Positions 49,699 to 57,278 of a DNA stretch of 64,000 nt are shown here, one piece after another (the stretch's first letter is position 1; every line of letters starts with the position of its first letter). A program made the position numbers and the translations under genes. The stretch is from Deltaproteobacteria bacterium (GTDB taxonomy: Bacteria > Myxococcota_A > Polyangia > Polyangiales > Houyiibacteriaceae), in contig JAXMNT010000018.1 of the NCBI GenBank assembly GCA_034670305.1, forward strand, positions 32,001 to 96,000. The letters are read 5' to 3'. The notes under the pieces are model-generated. The model saw nothing but the letters and a program-made list of their open reading frames with translations, made no database searches and was not told the DNA's origin.

Positions 49699-49835
49699 CG
49701 TACATGTGGACTCCCGACGGGTGCGGCCATGTGTTCGCCTGTGTGCCGGCACGACAGGCGCACACATGTGGCGAGGCAAGCCGCCTCATTGCGGCAGCTT
49801 GCGTCACCCACCCATCGCGCTCGGGCCGCATTTCG

Positions 49836-49852
49836 TTGGCCCGGTCCGTGCT
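49836..49852 (+). promoter_or_regulatory. sigma54 promoter
   Basis: TTGGCCCGGTCCGTGCT; -12 C is 14 nt from ATG 49865. Confidence 0.65.
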
Positions 49853-49864
49853 TTGTAGGGAGGC

Positions 49865-50518
49865 ATGAAACGACGAACCCTCACTTCACTTCTGTCCGCG
49901 GTCGCCCTGCTCGGCACGTGGGCATTCGCCACCACCGCCCACGCCCAGCGCGACAACGGCCGCATGACGATCCGCGCCGACGTCGGGGTGCTCGGCTACT
50001 CGGAACTCATCGACGAGGACAACCCCGACAACCGGGTCTACGAAGACCTCGACGAGACATTCGGCATGTCCCTCGCTGTCGAGCGCCCCTTCCACCGCTT
50101 CGGCTGGGTGGGCTTTCAGATCGGCGCCCACGGGTGGCGCCCCGAGACCAGCGACGGCTACGAGCTGCGCCGCAACGTGTACGTCGACGCCGACTTCCTC
50201 CCCACCCTGCGCGTCCCCTTTCAGCGTGACCCGCACGGCAGCGCGTTCTACGCCGGCGGCGTCCTCGGCTTCACCGGCGCCTTCCTCCGAGACGAGTACT
50301 CGAACGCCTTCGCCCGCGCCGACCACGGCTTCGGATTGCACGCAGGCCTCCGCGCCGGCGTCGAGATCCTCGTGCACCGTGGCGGCATCGTCGCGGAGTT
50401 CGGCTACGACGTCCGCGTCACCCGCCACCGCGTCGACCGCCCCGTCTTCAACGACGACGCCGTCGCCCTCGTCTTCCGCCAACCCCGCTTCAGCCTAGGC
50501 TTCGTGACCCGCTACTGA
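49865..50518 (+). CDS. putative outer-membrane beta-barrel protein
   Basis: signal peptide ..AHA/Q; amphipathic strands; terminal aromatic residue. Confidence 0.75.
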   Translation: MKRRTLTSLLSAVALLGTWAFATTAHAQRDNGRMTIRADVGVLGYSELIDEDNPDNRVYEDLDETFGMSLAVERPFHRFGWVGFQIGAHGWRPETSDGYELRRNVYVDADFLPTLRVPFQRDPHGSAFYAGGVLGFTGAFLRDEYSNAFARADHGFGLHAGLRAGVEILVHRGGIVAEFGYDVRVTRHRVDRPVFNDDAVALVFRQPRFSLGFVTRY

Positions 50519-50543
50519 CCTTCTCCGCGGAATCGATCGAACG

Positions 50544-50574
50544 ATGCGACGCCCCTCCTGTAGAGGCGTCGCAT
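50544..50574. terminator. hairpin between convergent genes
   Basis: atgcgacgcc-cctcctgtaga-ggcgtcgcat. Confidence 0.6.
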
Positions 50575-50587
50575 GCTTCGTTCTCGG

Positions 50588-51898
50588 TCAGTCCGCCGGT
50601 GGTGTCGCGGGCTCTGCCGGTGGCGGGCAGGCGAGGTCGACGATCGAGAGGGTCTCGGTCGCCGGGCCGTCGGTGCCCTGCTGCCGCGTCACCCGGATCC
50701 GGCCCGAGCCAGCGGAGGCCAAGCTCCAGCTCGCGACTTCTTCGATCGCGTTCAGATCTTCGCAGCAGTCCCAGTAGTCGGAGTACACGACGTCGTCGTC
50801 GCAGTCGCAGTCGACCCACTCGCCGTCGTAGTAGAACGTCAGCACCTCGACCGCGCCGTAGAGCACGGGGCGGCCGTCTTGCCAGCCGACGAAGCCGCGG
50901 ACGGTGCTGCCCATCTCGTTGGCGATGCCTTCTTCGCGTCCGTGCCACGCTTCCCGCACCTCGAAGTCGAGCTCGGGGCGGCCCCCCGCGATCCACTGCC
51001 GCGCGTGGACTTCGTCGTACTGATAGTCCGCGCCCTCGTCGGACATCACGAAACACGCATACCAAGCGTCGTCGTCCGGCACCGCGAGGAAGATGCCCTC
51101 CTCCATACCGAGCTCGCCCGACACGCCGCCCCGAAACAAGAACGGAGACGTCCCTTCGACGCCCTGGTTGGTCTCGGCGGTGTCCCGGCCGTAGTGCTGC
51201 GCGACGAGCGTCGCGAGGACCGTGTCGTCTGGACCACGGGCCGGACCGACGCAAGCGCGGGGGGCACAGGTCGAGCTCGGCGGCGGCGCATCAAGCGCGT
51301 CGAGCCGTCCCTGCACGACGCGGTTGCCCGGCCGCACCTCGAGCGACTCGCGGTAGTACGCCGCGGCCGCGGTGGGGTCGCTCTCTTCGGCCACCCGGCC
51401 GAGGTTGTAGAGGCACGCGCCGAGCGTGTTCGATTCGTTCTCCCGAACCTCGGCCCGCCGCCGCAACATCGCCGCGCCCCGCCGGAGCTCCGGACCGGCC
51501 AGCGCGAGGTTGCCGGCCTGGTAGTGTGCCCAGCCGAGTTCACAGCGCGCCGACGCGCTGTCGTTTTTCGCGATCGACGCCTGGAACTGCGTCACCGCCT
51601 CCGCCCAGTCGCCCGCCCGCCCCGCCACTCGGCCGGCACGAAGCGCGGTCCGGGCTTCCCGTGTCTGGTCGAGTTCCGCCGGCGTCGGCGCGGCGGGTTT
51701 CGCCGGCGGCGTCGGCGCTTCGGCCGTGGTGGGCGCCGCGGTGTCCACCGTTTCCTCGGGTGGCGCTTCGTCCGGCGCGGTCTCCGTCGAAGGCGTCTCC
51801 GACGCTGCGACCGGCGCGGCCGGATCCGCATCGCCACAGCCATCGCACCCAACAGTCAGAACAAGGAACGTGAGGACCAGCCCAAGGGAAGTACGCAT
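50588..51898 (-). CDS. TPR-containing lipoprotein
   Basis: lipobox TVG/C; Pro/Ala linker; GACLYNLGRVAE..AAAYYRESL; TAGCGT 7 nt before ATG. Confidence 0.8.
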   Translation of the reverse strand: MRTSLGLVLTFLVLTVGCDGCGDADPAAPVAASETPSTETAPDEAPPEETVDTAAPTTAEAPTPPAKPAAPTPAELDQTREARTALRAGRVAGRAGDWAEAVTQFQASIAKNDSASARCELGWAHYQAGNLALAGPELRRGAAMLRRRAEVRENESNTLGACLYNLGRVAEESDPTAAAAYYRESLEVRPGNRVVQGRLDALDAPPPSSTCAPRACVGPARGPDDTVLATLVAQHYGRDTAETNQGVEGTSPFLFRGGVSGELGMEEGIFLAVPDDDAWYACFVMSDEGADYQYDEVHARQWIAGGRPELDFEVREAWHGREEGIANEMGSTVRGFVGWQDGRPVLYGAVEVLTFYYDGEWVDCDCDDDVVYSDYWDCCEDLNAIEEVASWSLASAGSGRIRVTRQQGTDGPATETLSIVDLACPPPAEPATPPAD

Positions 51899-51984
51899 GC
51901 GCAAGACGCTACACCAGAGTTCGAGAATCGGGATTGCATAAGGCACCGCCTCGGTGACCGTGCCCACGTATTCTCTTGCGCAGG

Positions 51985-52929
51985 ATGACCTTGAAGATCC
52001 CATGGTCCGTTGGACCCATCGAGCTGGTCGATGCGTCGGCAGACCGGCTACTCGTTCGGACCGCGGAGGGTCTGTGCGCCGCAGGTGCGGCTGGGTGGGA
52101 GAACCGTTCGGTAGTGGTACCTGCGGGGGACCTGGCGCACCGCCTCGACGACGGCCGTGTGGTCGTCCAAGTCGGAGAGCAGAGCGTTGCGTGGGACGGC
52201 GCTGGGTGCTCGGACCTTCCCGACCGGACCCGCGTCCTGGCAACACGTGGCGAGGAGTCGGTGCTGGTCCATTTCGCCGAACACAGCGGCATCACGCATC
52301 AGATCGGTGCGCGTCGTGTCGCTTTGGACGTGCCCGACTTCGTGGAGCCACTGCTGATCACGAACGGCGGTCGGCTCGGCATGATCGAGGACACCCGGAT
52401 CGTATTGGCGCTGCACTCGGAACTGGTCGTCGTCGACAAAGCAACATGCCGCGTCGCACGTCGGGCCGAGATGGCCGGACTCGTCTCTGGCCTGCAACCG
52501 TGCAGAGATCGTCTGCTCGTATGGGTCGATGCATTGAACGGTGAAGACTTCGTCTTGGAACTGAGACCAGAAGACCTAGTCGCTCAGCGACGGGTGACGT
52601 GGCCGCCAAGTCTGGGCTCGGCGCTGTTCGCGTTGGTCCTTCCGGACGGGAGTCTCGTCTGCAGGGACGGCGACGGATGGAAGCTCGGCTTGGTGTCGAA
52701 CATCTGGCACCCCCGCGTCGAGAACCGGTGGGTCGCACTCGACTGGGACCGTCGACCGCCGGAGGCCCTGGTCGATGTTCATCCTCCGTGCCCGCATTTC
52801 CCCGAGGCCATGGCGCTCCCGTATCAGAACGGTGTCGTCGTGCCCTCGCGCTGCGGAGGATGGCTGTGGGTCGAAGTCGAACGCGGTCACGTCCAAGACG
52901 AGTTGTTGCTGATCGAGCGCACGGCGTAG
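51985..52929 (+). CDS. hypothetical protein (beta-rich)
   Basis: fills the gap between neighbours; less GC-biased codons. Confidence 0.55.
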   Translation: MTLKIPWSVGPIELVDASADRLLVRTAEGLCAAGAAGWENRSVVVPAGDLAHRLDDGRVVVQVGEQSVAWDGAGCSDLPDRTRVLATRGEESVLVHFAEHSGITHQIGARRVALDVPDFVEPLLITNGGRLGMIEDTRIVLALHSELVVVDKATCRVARRAEMAGLVSGLQPCRDRLLVWVDALNGEDFVLELRPEDLVAQRRVTWPPSLGSALFALVLPDGSLVCRDGDGWKLGLVSNIWHPRVENRWVALDWDRRPPEALVDVHPPCPHFPEAMALPYQNGVVVPSRCGGWLWVEVERGHVQDELLLIERTA

Positions 52930-52933
52930 TTGG

Positions 52934-53701
52934 CTAGCTCGGGATGCCGAGGCCGGGCCAGAGCACTCGGTCTTCTTCGATCTCGCGCATGAACCACTCG
53001 TGGTGGCCGCGGGCGAGGACCCACTCGATGCGGTCGCCGCGCCAGAAGATCTTCTTGCGTTCGACGTCGAGCGCCGAGGGATCGGAGAGGTACTCCTTGG
53101 TGCGGCTGAGATCGCCGGCGAAGAGTGCGTCGGCGCGGCAGCGTTTGTACCAGCCGAGCAACTTTGGAAACCGCGCGCCGTCGATGGGCACGCCGAGCAG
53201 CTTTGTCGCGGACAGGTGCGGGAAGAGCGCCATGTCCGCGACCGAGACCTCTCCGCAGACGAAGTCGCCTTCGAGCGCGGCTTCGAGCGCTTCGTAGATC
53301 GTGTCCATGTCCGCGCGTGCGGCATCGAGCAGGCCCTGGGGACGCTGGTCGTTTCGAATCGCCCAGGTCCAATACGAGATGTCGATCAAGATGGGATCGA
53401 TGGTCGAGTCCGCGCACCGCTCCCACGCGCGCGCCTTCACCCAACCGGCATGGTCCGCCGGAAACACCGGCCGCTCGGGAAACACCCGCTCGAGGTACGC
53501 GACGATGTCGGCCGAGTTCACCACGACCACTCCGTCGTGCACGATCGTCGGCACTTCGACCCGCCCGTTGACCCCCAGCAGCTGGTCTCGGTTGCCGAGG
53601 CTCAACCCATCGATCGCTTCGTACTCGATGCCTTTGTGCTCGAGCACCATGCGCACCTTGCGGGCAAACGGACTGAACGCGTTCTCGTAGAATGTCAGCA
53701 T
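52934..53701 (-). CDS. glutathione S-transferase family protein
   Basis: SPFARKVRMVLEHKG, EVPTI, NSADIVAYLE, SVADMALFP. Confidence 0.92.
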   Translation of the reverse strand: MLTFYENAFSPFARKVRMVLEHKGIEYEAIDGLSLGNRDQLLGVNGRVEVPTIVHDGVVVVNSADIVAYLERVFPERPVFPADHAGWVKARAWERCADSTIDPILIDISYWTWAIRNDQRPQGLLDAARADMDTIYEALEAALEGDFVCGEVSVADMALFPHLSATKLLGVPIDGARFPKLLGWYKRCRADALFAGDLSRTKEYLSDPSALDVERKKIFWRGDRIEWVLARGHHEWFMREIEEDRVLWPGLGIPS

Positions 53702-53788
53702 GGCCGACAGACTACGCGCTCGCGCGCGGGGATGCAGTCGATGGTAAGATCTCCATACGACGGCCATCCCCGCCCTCTGGTGTAGGCG

Positions 53789-55135
53789 ATGGCTTCGTTC
53801 GTAGGCGGTCCTTGGATGCAGACGATCCCAGAGGAAGAAGAGGTCGAAGAGGTCGATCCGCTGCTCGGGGCCGTGCTCGCGGACACCTATCGGCTCGACG
53901 CGCTGCTGGCCGAGGGCGGCATGAGTCGCCTCTACCGCGGCTACCACTTGCGGCTCGAGCAGCCCGTCGCGGTCAAGGTGAGCACCGCGTCACGCTCCGG
54001 CCGGTCGTCCTCCGCCGAACGGGCCGCCCGCGAAGCGCGGATCCTGGCCGGCATCCGCAGCGACCACGTCGTGCGGGTGCTGGATCTCTGCGAGACGCCA
54101 GATCGTCGACCGGTGATGGTGACGGAGCTTCTCGAGGGCATGGACCTCGCGCAACGGATCGCGGAATCGAAGCGTCTGTCGCTCGACGCCGCGATCCACA
54201 TCGGCATCGGCATCTGCAGCGGCGTGGCTTTGGCGCACGCGCGTGGTCTGGTGCACCGCGACCTGAAGCCGTCGAACATCTTCCTTGCCCGGGACGGCGA
54301 GGACGAAGTCGTGAAGGTGATCGACTTCGGGGTCGCCAAGCAGGAAGGCGCCGCGACGTTGACGCAGGACGGCGCGTTCCTCGGCACGCCCAGTTTCATG
54401 GCGCCCGAACAGGCCTCGCGTCCTTCGGACGTGGACGCGCGCGCGGACATCTACGCCGTCGGCGCGATCCTCTACAACATGGTCGCCGGGGTCATGCCGT
54501 ACGGAACGCACGAACCCCACAAGACCTTGATGCTCTTGATGACCGAACCGCCCCCCGCCCTCGACTCGGTTGCGAAGGACATCCCGCCCGCGTTCGTGGA
54601 AGTCGTGGAGGCCGCCATGGCGCGTGCGCCCGAAGACCGCGTCGCCACCGCCGCGGAGCTCGGCCGCCGACTCGAACAACTGCGCGGCGCGATTGGGACC
54701 GCACCGGGCGTGCGATGGGCCCGGCTGCGCGCGCTCATCACCGCACTCGTCGCGGCCGTCGCGGCTGGCACCTGGGCTGCGGCGCTCGCGTGGGTGGTCA
54801 CCGCAGGGTGGTCCGACGTGACCGAATGGAGCGGCACCGGCCAGCTCGCATTCCGCGCCATCGGACCGGCCGTCGCCCTCTTCGCGTCCGGCCTCTTCTT
54901 CCGCTCCGTCGCGCGCGCCTGGTCCAGCCGGAGCCGACTGCTCCAGACCACCACCCGCCTCACCCGATCCCTCGCGGTCGGCCTCTCCGTCTACGCCATC
55001 GCCTCGGTCGCCGGCATCGCCGCGCACGGATGGATCCTCGACGCCGCCGAACTCTTCCCCTTCGAACACCTGAGCAGCCTCCTGCTCGGCGCCACCGCCA
55101 CCCTCATCTACACCCTCCGCCGCAGGCGCACGTAA
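53789..55135 (+). CDS. Ser/Thr kinase with multi-TM C-terminus
   Basis: EGGMS, VAVK, HRDLKPSN, DFG, FMAPEQ; about 4 TM helices. Confidence 0.92.
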   Translation: MASFVGGPWMQTIPEEEEVEEVDPLLGAVLADTYRLDALLAEGGMSRLYRGYHLRLEQPVAVKVSTASRSGRSSSAERAAREARILAGIRSDHVVRVLDLCETPDRRPVMVTELLEGMDLAQRIAESKRLSLDAAIHIGIGICSGVALAHARGLVHRDLKPSNIFLARDGEDEVVKVIDFGVAKQEGAATLTQDGAFLGTPSFMAPEQASRPSDVDARADIYAVGAILYNMVAGVMPYGTHEPHKTLMLLMTEPPPALDSVAKDIPPAFVEVVEAAMARAPEDRVATAAELGRRLEQLRGAIGTAPGVRWARLRALITALVAAVAAGTWAAALAWVVTAGWSDVTEWSGTGQLAFRAIGPAVALFASGLFFRSVARAWSSRSRLLQTTTRLTRSLAVGLSVYAIASVAGIAAHGWILDAAELFPFEHLSSLLLGATATLIYTLRRRRT

Positions 55136-55177
55136 GCTCGGCGCCGAAGCCAGAAGCCCGCGCGGTATGCTGCGGCG

Positions 55178-55999
55178 ATGATCATCGACGCTTGGATTCA
55201 GCATCCGTCGCCACAGATGTTGGCCGACCCCATGTTCGATGCGATCAAACGCTGGGTCGGCGGGACCATGCCGGAGTCGATTCCGTTTTCGTTCACGCTC
55301 TCCCAGATGGACGCAGCGGGCGTCGACCAAGCGCTCGCGTGCGCGTGGCACGGACCGCAGGGCGCATTGATACGCAACGACGAGGTCGCCGCGCTGGTGG
55401 CGCACGCGCCGACGCGTTTTGTCGGGGTCGCGAGCGTCGACATCCGCAAACCCATGGAAGCGGTCCGTGAGTTGCGCCGCTGCGTGAAGGAGCTCGGGTT
55501 CAAAGCGCTTCGGCTCTTGCCCTGGCTCTGGGAGGCGCCGCCCGACGACCGCCGCTACTACCCGCTCTACGCCGAGTGCGTGCAGCTCGGCATTCCGTTC
55601 TGTCTCCAGGTCGGTCACGCTGGCCCGCTCTACCCCAGCGATCCCGGCCGGCCGATCCCGTATCTGGACCGCGTCGCGCTCGACTTTCCGGAGCTCGTGA
55701 TCGTCGGCGGCCACATCGGCTACCCGTGGACCGAAGAGATGATCGCGCTCGCGACCAAGTACGAGAACGTCTACATCGACACGAGCGCGTACAAGCCGAG
55801 CCGCTACCCCGAAACGCTGGTGAAGTTCATGCAGAAACGCGGGCGGACCAAGGTGCTCTTCGGAAGCAACTTCCCGATGCTCTTCCCCAAAGCGTGCCTG
55901 GACCAACTCGACCGCCTGGACCTCGACGACGAAGCCCGCGACCTGTTCCTCGGCGGCAACGCAGCGCGGGTCTTCGGTCTGCGCAGTCCACCGCGGTGA
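55178..55999 (+). CDS. amidohydrolase_2-family protein
   Basis: MIIDAW, YPLYAEC, GGHIGYPW, NVYIDTS, VLFGSNFP, GGNAARV. Confidence 0.92.
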   Translation: MIIDAWIQHPSPQMLADPMFDAIKRWVGGTMPESIPFSFTLSQMDAAGVDQALACAWHGPQGALIRNDEVAALVAHAPTRFVGVASVDIRKPMEAVRELRRCVKELGFKALRLLPWLWEAPPDDRRYYPLYAECVQLGIPFCLQVGHAGPLYPSDPGRPIPYLDRVALDFPELVIVGGHIGYPWTEEMIALATKYENVYIDTSAYKPSRYPETLVKFMQKRGRTKVLFGSNFPMLFPKACLDQLDRLDLDDEARDLFLGGNAARVFGLRSPPR

Positions 56000-56142
56000 C
56001 GCGCGCCCACGCGCCCGAAGGTCACGCCCTGGGCGCTGGCGCGACCAACCCATGCGGGGCCTTTTGTGCCGCCTGGAACTCCGCGACGGCTTGGACCGTT
56101 CGCTCTGAAACCGCCGCATCGCGGCCAACCACGGAACACGAC

Positions 56143-56610
56143 ATGAAGATCGACATCGGCATCGAACAAGAGAAACGCGCAGAGATCGCCAAAGGGCTCT
56201 CCCGCGTGCTCGCGGACTCCTACACCCTCTACCTCAAGACCCACAACTTCCACTGGAACGTCACCGGTCCCATGTTCCAGACCCTGCACTTGATGTTCGA
56301 GACCCAGTACACCGAGCTCGCGCTCGCCGTGGATCTGGTCGCCGAGCGCATCCGCGCCCTCGGCTTCCCGGCGCCGGGCACCTACCGCGAGTTCGCGGAG
56401 CTCTCCGCCATCGACGAAGAAGTCGGCGTGCCCGCCGCGCAAGACATGATCCACAAACTCGTCGCCGCCCACGAGACCGTGGCGCGGACCAGCCGCGAGG
56501 TCTTCAAGATCAGCGAAGCCGTCAGCGACCAGCCCACCTGCGATCTGCTCACCCAGCGCATGCAGGTCCACGAGAAGACCGCGTGGATGCTGCGCAGCCT
56601 GCTCGAGTGA
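56143..56610 (+). CDS. dps: Dps DNA-protection protein
   Basis: LYLKTHNFHWNVTGPMFQTLHLMFE..DLVAERIR, HEKTAWML. Confidence 0.97.
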   Translation: MKIDIGIEQEKRAEIAKGLSRVLADSYTLYLKTHNFHWNVTGPMFQTLHLMFETQYTELALAVDLVAERIRALGFPAPGTYREFAELSAIDEEVGVPAAQDMIHKLVAAHETVARTSREVFKISEAVSDQPTCDLLTQRMQVHEKTAWMLRSLLE

Positions 56611-56769
56611 GGGGTCCCGCACGGCGGGGAGTCAAGGGCGGCAGCCTTAGATGTCGAACCAGAGTCGTGAACAGCGTGAGCGTTGCGCGAGCCCGACGTC
56701 TTCCATCTCGCATCCATGCAGCACGGGAACGCGCCGGCCAGCCCGCGCAGGGTGGAAGAACGTACGAGC

Positions 56770-56864
56770 ACGTCCATCGTGCGCGCGCCCATCCAAGCCC
56801 GTCACTACTCGACGGTCGATCCCAGTGGGCCTCCGAGAAGCTCGCAGAGCTGCTCGAAGGGTGA
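56770..56864 (+). pseudogene. tyrosine integrase C-terminal relic
   Basis: QARHYSTVDP (catalytic-Tyr-like box), then frameshifted ASEKLAELLEG*, pointing at the att site. Confidence 0.45.
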
Positions 56865-56874
56865 GTGCAAAACC

Positions 56875-56898
56875 GTCGGGGGACTGGTCGGGGGACTG
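56875..56898. repeat. perfect 12-nt tandem GTCGGGGGACTG (arm-type site candidate)
   Basis: two adjacent exact copies; 10 nt recur inverted at 57154-57163. Confidence 0.7.
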
Positions 56899-57020
56899 GC
56901 CTCAGTCCGCCGCGCGAAGTTCGGCCCCTGTCAGATACGAGTGAGGCCGGTCTCCTGTTGGAGCCGGCCTCTGGAAACGCTTGAAATCTAGTGCTTATCG
57001 AGCAGCTGGACTTCGGGTTG

Positions 57021-57067
<47 letters not shown>

Positions 57068-57278
57068 AGTCGCAGGTCGTCCAACAAACACAACAAAACA
57101 GGCCCGAAACGGCCTTCGCACGATCACGGACGACCACAGACGGACACCAAGGACAGTCCCCCGCTCCACCCAACAGCGCTCCACACTTAGGACTCACGGT
57201 CCATCTCCATGGCGGATTGCGGAACACGGTTGGTAGCTCGCGTTCTGGAGCAACGACGTATCCAGAACTTCGTGGCGA

